Virus record (IMG/VR): IMGVR_UViG_3300018080_000129 | Coordinates: 39,501-103,500 of that record | DNA from: a virus | Direction: 5' to 3' (one strand) | Length of the DNA stretch: 64,000 bases | In this document: piece by piece, positions 1-8,615 of the stretch | Layout: the number at the start of each line of letters is the position of its first letter | Numbering within the stretch: the first letter of the stretch is position 1 | The notes under the pieces: generated by a model | Seen by the model: only the letters and a program-made list of their open reading frames with translations | Database searches by the model: none | Told to the model about the DNA's origin: nothing | Position numbers and translations under genes: made by a program

Positions 1-446
1 TTCGGAACCACTGCCAGCGTTATATGAAAATCGTGGTCTCCGTGTACCAAAGGCGTCAATCCGTACTTCTTTCTCAACGCCTCAAGCTCTGGACTCTTAC
101 ACTGGACAAATACGACCTTTTCCATCTCGTCCCAACCTTCAGGGTCGCAAGACTCGATGTTGCCCAATGTGAACCCGAATTCCTGACCATCTTCCTCAAT
201 GTTCTCCTTGCCTACCTCTTCAAGCTCCTCGTCCGTCATCACTGAAATATGAGGAGCATCGTCCGGCTTCTGCATCCCATCTTCCTGAATCGCCTTGTAA
301 ATCGGCTCTACAAAGCCCTCAGGAACCTCCAGAATGGCATACGAACCACCCTTCTGGTTGCAGGTGAACTTCCCTTTCATAGGAATATTCTTATGTTCTA
401 TAATAGTATCGCCAGCTAAGCGTAGGGCAAGCTCATTGACGTTCAT
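1..446 (-). CDS. 2H phosphoesterase family protein (runs off the window edge; not in ORF track)
   Basis: ATG at 446 overlaps the stop of the upstream gene (ATGA). Translation MNVNELALRLAGD...DAPHISVM...DHDFHITLAVVP contains both HxS/T motifs about 70 aa apart. Confidence 0.8.
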   Translation of the reverse strand, partial: MNVNELALRLAGDTIIEHKNIPMKGKFTCNQKGGSYAILEVPEGFVEPIYKAIQEDGMQKPDDAPHISVMTDEELEEVGKENIEEDGQEFGFTLGNIESCDPEGWDEMEKVVFVQCKSPELEALRKKYGLTPLVHGDHDFHITLAVVP

Positions 447-901
447 TTCCGTCTCTCAGCATTTTCCTGAACAATGCCAATATAATCCTCAATCAGTTCT
501 TCCATATCCTTAGCAATGACCTTGGAAGTCCTGTCGGGATTCTTCATCAGCATCTTCTCGTGATAAGTATGGTCGCCATGACCCGCCGTCGAAACGGAAA
601 GGAAATACTCACCATCGTCATCCGTAATGTAGCCACCGGACGCCCGAAGCACTAACGGAATCGTCCCGCCGCCACCATAAGGATTTGGAATGTCCAAAAT
701 GAACTCGACAACACCCGTGTTCTTATCCACGCTGCCTCTGCCTCTCAATTTGGCAGGCTTGAACTTTCTGACAGCAGCAGCCAAGTCTTTGCGAAAATGA
801 GGCAAAATTTCCTTAACAAAGTAATCAGCCGTGCTCCCTGCCTCCACCTTGGCAAGAAGAACACTGGCCGCTACCCGACGAGCTATTTTTGCTTCGTTCA
901 T
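443..901 (-). CDS. hypothetical protein with N-terminal amphipathic leader
   Basis: ORF track 443..928. Likely start MNEAKIARRVAASVLLA at 901, coupled to the upstream stop. Confidence 0.7.
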   Translation of the reverse strand: MNEAKIARRVAASVLLAKVEAGSTADYFVKEILPHFRKDLAAAVRKFKPAKLRGRGSVDKNTGVVEFILDIPNPYGGGGTIPLVLRASGGYITDDDGEYFLSVSTAGHGDHTYHEKMLMKNPDRTSKVIAKDMEELIEDYIGIVQENAERRK

Positions 902-1281
902 TAGATGACTCCCATTACCAACATCCATGAAGGTGAACCATCAGGGCCAAAACCATCCGGCTCCGTCCTCTTGCCGGTAATCGTTTTTGCAATAGCATCG
1001 TTCGACCACTTCTCCATCGTGCGAACCGACGGCGGTTTCGTAAACCCGCGAAGCTTCTTGTAAGCTCCCGACGGATTCAATGAAAGCGTCCTGCCCAATC
1101 CTTCAATGTCCAAAGTCAAAAAGTAAGGATACTTCTCGGAAAAGTCAACCTGTACCCTCGCACCTTTCGGAATCACCGTGCCGTCCTTCAAAGTGCTTTC
1201 CTTGATGGTCGTGGTGCTCTTCCTCGCCAAAAGCCGCTTAGCCCAAACGGAAACGCACTTGGCTATTCTGGCTTCGTTCAC
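901..1281 (-). CDS. hypothetical protein with N-terminal amphipathic leader
   Basis: GTG at 1281 after GGGGGAG RBS, overlapping the upstream TGA. Begins (M)NEARIAKCVSVWAKRLLA. Confidence 0.7.
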   Translation of the reverse strand: MNEARIAKCVSVWAKRLLARKSTTTIKESTLKDGTVIPKGARVQVDFSEKYPYFLTLDIEGLGRTLSLNPSGAYKKLRGFTKPPSVRTMEKWSNDAIAKTITGKRTEPDGFGPDGSPSWMLVMGVI

Positions 1282-1823
1282 TCGTACTCCCCCTTCTGTT
1301 GCTGCTGCTCTGCCCACTCGTAAAAATCTCCCCATGTCGTGAACAGAAACTTCTCATTCGCCGTGTCGTAAACAATCGTGGCATCATACGTGTCGCCCAT
1401 GTTCACAAAAGTGCCCACGGCGTCCTGCCAGAACCTGTCAACATAAGCACCCTCAAGCGTGATTGCCTCGACACCAAAACCGCCAATCAACTTGTCAATC
1501 TCGTGCATAATTCTCTCGGCCCGATTGCGACTGGCCCGACGAGACATCAACTTGAAAACCTGCTTGGCAACATCTTCATCAATTTGAAACTCGCGCATCA
1601 TCTCTTTGATGCTGACACGAGCGAAAACCACCTTCGCCCAAAGCTCGACGTTCGCAACTATGTCTCTCATGTTCTTCTTCTCTCTTTTCCGCATGGGACA
1701 CAAGCCAAGCTTCGTACAAAAATCACCAAGATAATGCCGTCTCCTTTTCGGAACTTTCGTCCCCGTCCCCGGCGTGGGAACTGGAATCACAGCAGTTGGA
1801 GCGGCTTCATCTTGAGCTTTCAT
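1278..1823 (-). CDS. hypothetical protein
   Basis: ORF downstream of a late-promoter-like motif. An alternative start at 1670 gives MRDIVANVELWAKVVFA. Confidence 0.65.
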   Translation of the reverse strand: MKAQDEAAPTAVIPVPTPGTGTKVPKRRRHYLGDFCTKLGLCPMRKREKKNMRDIVANVELWAKVVFARVSIKEMMREFQIDEDVAKQVFKLMSRRASRNRAERIMHEIDKLIGGFGVEAITLEGAYVDRFWQDAVGTFVNMGDTYDATIVYDTANEKFLFTTWGDFYEWAEQQQQKGEYE

Positions 1824-1869
1824 TTTCAGACACTTTTAGCCACAAAATTACAGTACAATCCATCTACAC

Positions 1870-1893
1870 TATAAAGAGAATATAAAAGAATTG
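1870..1893 (-). promoter_or_regulatory. putative phage late promoter (motif copy)
   Basis: CAATTCTTTTATATTCTCTTTATA on the minus strand; the motif recurs 7 times, always intergenic and upstream of a gene block. Confidence 0.65.
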
Positions 1894-1918
1894 TGAATGC
1901 AAGGAAGGAAAGAAAATG

Positions 1919-3919
1919 CTACTTCCGAAAGACGTGAATCGGCTCGTGTTTGAAAGACTTTGAGTAAGGAGATGAAAGTTTCATAAGATGAGTACAAAAA
2001 AGCTGTAAACCTATACCTTTAATGTATTTAAGGAGGTCATCAGAGATTGGATAATGCTTTTTGTCTATTCTGATGTTTGCCACGTTGAGAACCAGATAAG
2101 CACCCTTCCTGAGCAGGTCAAAAGATTTTCTTACCAGCACGAAAAAGAACTTCTCCAACCATTCTTCGTAAGTCTCATATCGCACATCACTGAGCTTCTC
2201 ATCCGTGCCATAAATCTCTTTGCAAAAATACGGAGGAGAAGTAAATACGAGGTCAAATTCCTGCTCCTTTTTCCAGTCTTCAAAGGAGGCATAGACTATC
2301 TTTGCATCTTTCCCTTCGATGTCCCTGCTTAGGATATTCCTCATGTGCTTCAGACCAGCAACAGTATCCGCGTTGGCATCTATACCTACATACGATTTGG
2401 CTTTCTCTGATACAAAGAAGCCAAGCAATCTTCCTCCATAACCACTGCAAGGGTCAAGCACACTGCCGCCATCCGTACAATAAGTATCATAGACTGCCTT
2501 CGCAATTGCAGGACGAAAGGTATGAACTCCCCCACAAATTTGGAGTTCCGCTCTCAAGGCAGCATCCGAAACCGATTGTCTATATTTGATGCAATCTTTG
2601 ATGATGTGTTTCAATCTATTACGATTTCGAAAGACCTGATATGGACTCTGCCCACCCTTCCTCCTTGCCTTCCAAAACTCCGAAAAGTTCGAAACACAGT
2701 AACTGCTTCCCTGCGTATGACCGACTGGCACTTCATCCTCCAGTTTCAGAACTGAACTCTTCAAGGCTCCTATTTCCTTCAATCGTTTCTTTTTCTTGTA
2801 GACAGGATATGGAAAACCCGCTATCTGCCAGTAATCCACAAGGTCATCAATCTGTTTCTCCTTTTCTTCTTCACTCAAAAGAACATGCCTGCTAACGCTA
2901 AAATCCTTCAACACTGTAGCCAATGCCGGTCGAGAAAAGTGAGGAAGCCCAAAACGCAAGCTCAATGGAATTTTGTATGACATGGAAGGATGAACATGTT
3001 TTCCGATAACGGAAAAAAATCTGTCTTTGTTGTGAATCCAGAGAATCGTTATGTTATCTTCTGGTCTTGGACGACATTCAATATCCAGAGAGAAACGCTC
3101 GTTTAGCACATCGGCAATGGCTTCATAATCAGTAAAACATGTAGCCAACGTGAAAACTCCATCCAATGTTGCGTCAGCAAGATGTCCATCGTCCATATAC
3201 CAGACAGCCAAAGAAAGAGGAGTAAGTGTTTCTATCAAGCCTTCCGGTAGTTTCTTTTTGCCATCAGAGTAAAAGGAATGATAGAGTGCTACAAAGACAG
3301 GATGAAAATGGCAACGCAGAGACACACCCTTGGCTACTCGACCATCCTTCAAAATCTTTCCTTCTCTGCCAATCTTTCTTGAGAAAGGATGAAGAACCGA
3401 CTGTTTCCAGCAAAGATACTCTCTTTGCTCCGTAGAATGCGATTCTGAATATCGAGCGGAATCACCTGCCTTGTTCAAAGAAATGCACCCATCTCCCAAA
3501 AGAGAACCCATCAAAACTTCTTTCTGCGCCTGCGTCAGTTCAGAAGGCAGTGATGACCGTTGTCTTGAAGCTTTGCTTATTGGAGCAATTCCAAAATCCT
3601 GTCTCATTCGCCTAATCAGTATTTTACTGCATCCGAACAACTTCGCAAGTTTTCTTTCTCCATCCTTTCGATAAAGCTCCCCAAATTCCTCTGCTGACAC
3701 TTCTCTGATGTCTCTTAAACCCTTCAGCTTTGCTCGTCCTGCAACTCTATCCACAGACTTCATCGTCTGGATACCATACTTCTTCCTGAAATAAGCTACG
3801 CCCTCGCCAGTCAAGCCAAATCTCTTGCCAATCTCGCTGTCACTGAGGAAAAGCTCCAGATAGAGATGCCGAATGGTCTCTTCGTCCAGTCCATGTTCCT
3901 TGTGCGTCAACCTGCCCAT
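1919..3919 (-). CDS. HTH + LAGLIDADG endonuclease fused to an amino-DNA methyltransferase
   Basis: N-terminal HTH-like repeats, LMGSLLGDG and LAVWYMDDG LAGLIDADG motifs, then motif I VLDPCSGYGG and motif IV FTSPPY. Confidence 0.8.
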   Translation of the reverse strand: MGRLTHKEHGLDEETIRHLYLELFLSDSEIGKRFGLTGEGVAYFRKKYGIQTMKSVDRVAGRAKLKGLRDIREVSAEEFGELYRKDGERKLAKLFGCSKILIRRMRQDFGIAPISKASRQRSSLPSELTQAQKEVLMGSLLGDGCISLNKAGDSARYSESHSTEQREYLCWKQSVLHPFSRKIGREGKILKDGRVAKGVSLRCHFHPVFVALYHSFYSDGKKKLPEGLIETLTPLSLAVWYMDDGHLADATLDGVFTLATCFTDYEAIADVLNERFSLDIECRPRPEDNITILWIHNKDRFFSVIGKHVHPSMSYKIPLSLRFGLPHFSRPALATVLKDFSVSRHVLLSEEEKEKQIDDLVDYWQIAGFPYPVYKKKKRLKEIGALKSSVLKLEDEVPVGHTQGSSYCVSNFSEFWKARRKGGQSPYQVFRNRNRLKHIIKDCIKYRQSVSDAALRAELQICGGVHTFRPAIAKAVYDTYCTDGGSVLDPCSGYGGRLLGFFVSEKAKSYVGIDANADTVAGLKHMRNILSRDIEGKDAKIVYASFEDWKKEQEFDLVFTSPPYFCKEIYGTDEKLSDVRYETYEEWLEKFFFVLVRKSFDLLRKGAYLVLNVANIRIDKKHYPISDDLLKYIKGIGLQLFCTHLMKLSSPYSKSFKHEPIHVFRK

Positions 3920-3952
3920 AATTGACCTTTCCTGAATATGTTACGCTATCAT

Positions 3953-3981
3953 ATTATACTCTGAAACCATAGAAAAGTCAA
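3953..3981 (-). promoter_or_regulatory. sigma70-type promoter
   Basis: TTGACT-17 nt-TATAAT upstream of the 3919 start. Confidence 0.75.
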
Positions 3982-4039
3982 GTGGTTTTTCTACAAAAAA
4001 CCAAAAATAGTATTTACCCAAAGAACTGACAAGTTAGAC

Positions 4040-4077
4040 AAAAAAAGAACTCCCCAAGATTTCTCTTGAGGAGTTCT
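4040..4077 (-). terminator. intrinsic terminator after major capsid gene
   Basis: AGAACTCCTCAAGA-GAAA-TCTTGGGGAGTTCT followed by a T run. Confidence 0.8.
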
Positions 4078-4132
4078 AAACTGACGTGAGCTTCTGCTCT
4101 ACAAAGCTTAGTTATTACTCGTCATAAGTATC

Positions 4133-4987
4133 TTATACGCGAGTAATTACAAGTCTCTGAAGAGCGTATGGGTTGTACGCCCCAATCCCAAGATTCTCAA
4201 AGATTGAGAACCCGATGAGACGGTTTTTCGGGTCATCCGCAGACAGAACCGTAAGCTCGGTTCTGACAGGAATGCGTCCGAAGAATTCCGGCTCACCGCA
4301 GACGTACACGGTTCCCTCAGTGACGATACGCGAAACAATGAGCTTCGCGCCCCACAGAGTTGCCATCAAGCCAGTTTTCAGCAAGCTGGCCTGCGTCTCG
4401 ATGTCCAAGGTATCTCTGTCCCACTTACGCAGGTCAGCATAGTCCTTGGCATTCATAAAGACGTTGGCGACTCTCATGTCAGTGCGCTCGACGTTCGCGA
4501 AAGCGTCGGCCAGCGCATTGGCCGTGAGGTTGCCCGTTACCGGAATGTCGGGATTCGGGTTAGTGGGGTCAGCCGCCAGTGCATCCATGACGGCAAAAAC
4601 CTTGCGGTCTTCTTCAGCCTGAATTTCGCTCTTAGCAAGGTCAACGCTTCTCTCGATGAGGTCGAACCGACGAGCCTTGATTTCCGTCAACTGGATTTCA
4701 GGGTTCGAGGCAACTTCAAAGAGCGGGAACAGAACTCTCTTTGGCTTTGCGACTGCGACAATGTTTTCACCCTCTTCACCGACCACATAGGCCGTGATGT
4801 TCGGGTCTTTGTCGTAAATCGGCAGTGCGCCATCGGGAAGCTGTTCGACGTAGAACGCTTTGCGTCCTACGGAAGTGTAGTCCCTGCGCCGACGCAAAGG
4901 CTGAATCATGGAGGCCGCAAGACGCTGCCTACCAGCGGCAGTCTTGATGAACTGACTGATAATCTCCTGCTTCGTCTGATTATCCAT
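4133..4987 (-). CDS. major capsid protein (probable HK97 fold)
   Basis: 284 aa, strong RBS, last gene of the scaffold-decoration-capsid block and followed by a terminator. C-terminal segments (VFMNAKDYADLR, LWGAKLIVSRIVTEGTVY) resemble HK97-type capsids. Confidence 0.8.
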   Translation of the reverse strand: MDNQTKQEIISQFIKTAAGRQRLAASMIQPLRRRRDYTSVGRKAFYVEQLPDGALPIYDKDPNITAYVVGEEGENIVAVAKPKRVLFPLFEVASNPEIQLTEIKARRFDLIERSVDLAKSEIQAEEDRKVFAVMDALAADPTNPNPDIPVTGNLTANALADAFANVERTDMRVANVFMNAKDYADLRKWDRDTLDIETQASLLKTGLMATLWGAKLIVSRIVTEGTVYVCGEPEFFGRIPVRTELTVLSADDPKNRLIGFSIFENLGIGAYNPYALQRLVITRV

Positions 4988-5058
4988 TACTCTTTACCTC
5001 CTTTTTCCAGTTTGCATCTTCTTTCTTCTGTTTCACTGCATTCTTACACACACCTGAC

Positions 5059-5553
5059 TTAGATGCGCATATCCAATCCGAGGGTCGGCGACGTAACGGT
5101 CGGAGCCTTCGTGCAGATACCGATAACGACTTGGCTGGTGCTCACTTCGTTCGTCAGGAAGCCCTGAGCGGACGAGTAGAGTTTCTCACCGACTGCATAG
5201 GTGAGGTCGCCGCTATCATCGTTTTTACGGGTTTCGTACACATCGACTTCAACAGACGCATGCGCCTTCATCACAGTCACCTTGCCAGAAACCACGGCGG
5301 GAGCATTTTCAAAAGCGGCTCCAGCGGCATCATTAACAAAGAGACCGACCGGCATGAGAGTCATGTTACACGGCACGACGGTGTAGTCGTTTCCAGCCGA
5401 CACAGCCGCCACAGAGCCGCCCAACACGCCTCTCGGAGTGTTGACACTCAACGTCGTATTCGTATTGACGCCATAGTTTGCTTTGGTGTAGCAGACATCG
5501 GCCAATACCGGAATCGCGTTGAGATGTCCACGAATAAGAATCGTTAGAGCCAT
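5059..5553 (-). CDS. head decoration/cement protein (probable)
   Basis: Small Gly/Ala/Val-rich beta protein immediately upstream of the capsid gene, with motif YAVGEKLYSSAQGFLT. Confidence 0.6.
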   Translation of the reverse strand: MALTILIRGHLNAIPVLADVCYTKANYGVNTNTTLSVNTPRGVLGGSVAAVSAGNDYTVVPCNMTLMPVGLFVNDAAGAAFENAPAVVSGKVTVMKAHASVEVDVYETRKNDDSGDLTYAVGEKLYSSAQGFLTNEVSTSQVVIGICTKAPTVTSPTLGLDMRI

Positions 5554-5588
5554 CTCAAAACCTCCTTTGTTCGAGAAAACCGTTCACC

Positions 5589-6710
5589 TTACTTGAAGAC
5601 CGAACTCACGTCAGGAGCATCATCCCAAATCTTGCTAATGTCATTGGTGGACATATCGCTGGCAACCTTGACCTGCCCGCCGAGTGACTTAACGCCTTGT
5701 TTCTTTGCAGCCTTTTTGGACTTCTTGGAAGACATTTTGGTATTCTGGTTTTCGTCCTGCGCCTTTTCTTCTTCCTCATCCTGCGCCTTTTCTTCTTCCT
5801 CGTCCTGAGCCGTTTCTTCCTCTTCATCCTGCGAGAAGAGCTTGCCCAAGAGTTTTTCGGATTCGCTGCTGATTTCCTCGCTGCCTTCGGTGATGGAGTT
5901 AAGCTCGATGTCCATATCTACGCTGCTTTTCTTTTCTTCCTCTTCCTGAGCTTCTTCCCCAACATCCTCGTCCTTTTCAACAGCTTCGTCTTCGTCCTGA
6001 GACTTCTTCTTGGACGCTTCCTTCTTCTCTTCTTCGTCCTGAGCAGTCTCTTCTTCCTTCTTCTCTTCTTCATCCTGCGCGGTTTCTTCCTTCTTCTCTT
6101 CTTCGTCCTGAGCAGTCTCTTCTTCCTTCTTCTCTTCTTCGTCCTGAGACTTCTTGGACTTCACGCAGGCTTCTTCATCCTTATCTTCTTCATCTTGAGC
6201 GGTCTCTTCCTTCTTTTCCTCTTCGTCCTGCGCGGTTTCTTCCTTCTTCTCTTCTTCGTCCTGAGCAGTCTCTTCTTCCTTCTTCTCTTCTTCGTCCTGA
6301 GCCGTCTCTTCCTCTTCATCCTGCGAGTAGACGGTTTCGGTTTCAGAGAAGCGTTCCAGCGACTCATTCAGGCCTTTGTTGCCAAGCTTCATAAAGGTAC
6401 GGGCTTGGGCTTCGATAACGTCCTCATCCACCTTATCGCCAAGCAGCAGCACAGCCAGACGTACAGCCTTGGAAGCCGCAGCGCGAATGCTGGCGACGGT
6501 CGGAATACCAAAGCCGATTTCGTCGCGCTTTTCATTCTTCCACTCGTGACGCATGTCGGGGAGCGGATGATTCACGACTTCTTCCCAATTGTCATATTGG
6601 TCACGTTTTTTGAATTTGCGACCGGGCTGATTAACAGTGCCGGGATAAGGAGTGTCGTCTTCGACGGCTCTTCTACGCCGTCTCTGTGTCAGTCTGACTC
6701 TTCTTCCCAT
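5589..6710 (-). CDS. acidic scaffold-like protein
   Basis: Arg-rich N-terminus, long (TAQDEEEKKEEE)n region, C-terminal ISKIWDDAPDVSSVFK; position before decoration and capsid genes. Confidence 0.6.
   Translation of the reverse strand: MGRRVRLTQRRRRRAVEDDTPYPGTVNQPGRKFKKRDQYDNWEEVVNHPLPDMRHEWKNEKRDEIGFGIPTVASIRAAASKAVRLAVLLLGDKVDEDVIEAQARTFMKLGNKGLNESLERFSETETVYSQDEEEETAQDEEEKKEEETAQDEEEKKEETAQDEEEKKEETAQDEEDKDEEACVKSKKSQDEEEKKEEETAQDEEEKKEETAQDEEEKKEEETAQDEEEKKEASKKKSQDEDEAVEKDEDVGEEAQEEEEKKSSVDMDIELNSITEGSEEISSESEKLLGKLFSQDEEEETAQDEEEEKAQDEEEEKAQDENQNTKMSSKKSKKAAKKQGVKSLGGQVKVASDMSTNDISKIWDDAPDVSSVFK
5745..6325 (-). repeat. coding tandem repeat of 24-36 bp units (AQDEEEKKEEET)
   Basis: Imperfect repeats of tcttcgtcctgagcagtctcttcttccttcttc on the + strand. 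Confidence 0.85.
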
Positions 6711-6742
6711 TATCCAATCTCCTTTCACAAGAAACGAGTGTC

Positions 6743-7387
6743 CTACTTCCTCAGGCCGATACTCTTATCCAGAGCATCCGACAGTCTATCAATACGCAAA
6801 GCCAGCCGCTTGTCGCCTTTCTTCTCAAGATAGTCGGCAACTCTGTCCAGCCGTTGCGTGGCAACTTTGACACGGGCCACGAAAGCGTTTTTCGGCTCAA
6901 CGGTTTTCACCTTGGAGCCTGCCGCTTCTTCAACCTCATCGAGATAATCTTGAGTGATTTGGTCTTCAACACCGGGGGATTTTTCGCTGCTGCGCGTCTT
7001 GCGACGTTTTGCGGCTCTGTTCCGTGCGCTACTGATGATGTCTTCAGCTTCTTCCTCATCCTCGACTTCTTCAAGCTCTTGGCTAAGCTCTTCAATCTGA
7101 GAAACCAAGTCTTCGTCCTGACCGACTTCAATCTCTTCCTCTTCTTCGAATTCTTCGTCCTGCGCCTTGATTTCTTCCTCTTCGTCTTGGCCTAATTCGA
7201 TTTCGTCTTCCTCTTCTTCAAGTTCTTCGTCCTGTGCCGTGATTTCTTCCTCTTCTTCTTCTTGAGCCTCAAGTTCTTCTTCTTCGTCGTCTTGTGAGAG
7301 CCTTTTTTCCATTGCCTTGATTTCATGCAGCAGGGAGTCACGCTCATCTTCGTAACTCTCGGTGCTTCTCCGTCTTCTCGGTCTCAT
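6743..7387 (-). CDS. second acidic scaffold-like protein
   Basis: Repeats of (A/S/G)QDEEE, with a C-terminal amphipathic helix pair RLDRVADYLE...LALRIDRLSDAL. Confidence 0.55.
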   Translation of the reverse strand: MRPRRRRSTESYEDERDSLLHEIKAMEKRLSQDDEEEELEAQEEEEEEITAQDEELEEEEDEIELGQDEEEEIKAQDEEFEEEEEIEVGQDEDLVSQIEELSQELEEVEDEEEAEDIISSARNRAAKRRKTRSSEKSPGVEDQITQDYLDEVEEAAGSKVKTVEPKNAFVARVKVATQRLDRVADYLEKKGDKRLALRIDRLSDALDKSIGLRK

Positions 7388-7466
7388 TAAACTACCTCCT
7401 TTTGAACTGCGACAAACAAGAAAGAGACGAATATATTCCGTGTGGAGAAACTACGCTACCCAATAT

Positions 7467-7490
7467 AATAATGAAATGATAAAAAAATTG
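7467..7490 (-). promoter_or_regulatory. putative phage late promoter (motif copy)
   Basis: CAATTTTTTTATCATTTCATTATT upstream of the scaffold/capsid block. Confidence 0.55.
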
Positions 7491-7587
7491 TTCAAAATAA
7501 ATCACAGTGTAAAATACAATGTAAGTTGGTGTGAATAAACACTTTAATGTGTGGAAACCTGCCAAAAATTATCGGTGGCTGGTTTTT

Positions 7588-8046
7588 TTATTTGCAAATT
7601 TTCCTACGGCATCTTCGGCCTGTAAGTTCGTGCAGTTTCACGCCTTCCTGTGCTTCGTTCCACAGGAAGGCACGGTATCCCTCCTCAAGAATCAGCCGCA
7701 GGCCGCTACGAGTGTAGCCTTTTGCAATGGCGACACCTTCCACGTTGTTCCAATGTTTGGTTTGCTTTCCAACTGTCTTCAAAACCTCCACTGCTTTCTT
7801 GATTTGTCCGAGAACGATATGGTCAGCTTCCTCATGGCTCTTGAGTTCGAGAACATAGAGAGTCGTATCCTTCTCAGGACAGGCAAGATTCATCTTATCT
7901 TGGAAGACCAAATCCACACGGTCATCGGAGACAGGACAGACGGGATATTCTGTGCCGCGAATAAATATAGAATTCAACTTAAGAGCGTTTTGAAGAATGT
8001 GAGGATTGCGCCACAGGAGTGTGAGCATTCGCTCATGCTCGGTCAT
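7588..8046 (-). CDS. PD-(D/E)XK nuclease-like protein (NucS-like C-terminal domain)
   Basis: DRVDLVF...YVLELKS...IVLGQI pattern. Confidence 0.6.
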   Translation of the reverse strand: MTEHERMLTLLWRNPHILQNALKLNSIFIRGTEYPVCPVSDDRVDLVFQDKMNLACPEKDTTLYVLELKSHEEADHIVLGQIKKAVEVLKTVGKQTKHWNNVEGVAIAKGYTRSGLRLILEEGYRAFLWNEAQEGVKLHELTGRRCRRKICK

Positions 8047-8279
8047 TACAAACCAATCTCCTTAGGGTTAATTTTGAAACGAGCCATCGACTTCTTGATT
8101 GATTTCATCATGTCCGCATAAACATCCGGCATCGTCTTATGAATGTTGTATTTTTTGGCATCTTCCAACCATTTCTTTATGCCGCGAACATGCCCTTCTT
8201 TCGTGTCATAAGGGTCTGACACTGCTATCAATTCCTTTGCAATCCTCAATAATTCTCTTGCTACTTGCTTATTATTCAT
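8046..8279 (-). CDS. hypothetical protein with N-terminal amphipathic leader
   Basis: MNNKQVARELLRIAKELIA; AGGAG RBS. Confidence 0.75.
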   Translation of the reverse strand: MNNKQVARELLRIAKELIAVSDPYDTKEGHVRGIKKWLEDAKKYNIHKTMPDVYADMMKSIKKSMARFKINPKEIGL

Positions 8280-8290
8280 TGTTTTCTCCT

Positions 8291-8602
8291 CTATACATCC
8301 TCCGCACCATCGAACTCATCCAGCTTCTTCAATTCGGTATAGACAAAGTTCCGGTAATGCACATCCGTCTCGTCAATGGCATAAGAGAAATCGCCAAATG
8401 CGATGAACTCGTTCTGCCCGAACTGGTAATTCTTTACCGTTAGCGGCCTCTTACCGTTCTGCCGAGCGGCTGCATTGTGGTAAACCGCCACCATTATCAT
8501 TCCCTTGGCGTCTGTGTAAATCTGATTGGTTCCAATTATACGCCAGTAAGCTTCGGAATGAGTCACACCAAAATCGTCATCGTAAGAAAGCTGCAAAGCC
8601 AT
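8291..8602 (-). CDS. hypothetical protein
   Basis: RBS plus ORF within the operon. Confidence 0.7.
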   Translation of the reverse strand: MALQLSYDDDFGVTHSEAYWRIIGTNQIYTDAKGMIMVAVYHNAAARQNGKRPLTVKNYQFGQNEFIAFGDFSYAIDETDVHYRNFVYTELKKLDEFDGAEDV

Positions 8603-8615
8603 GTCCTTGTCTCCT

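Noticed and set aside
5697-6833. 378-aa Phe/Leu-rich plus-strand ORF
   Set aside because: Antisense of the Glu/Lys-rich scaffold repeat.
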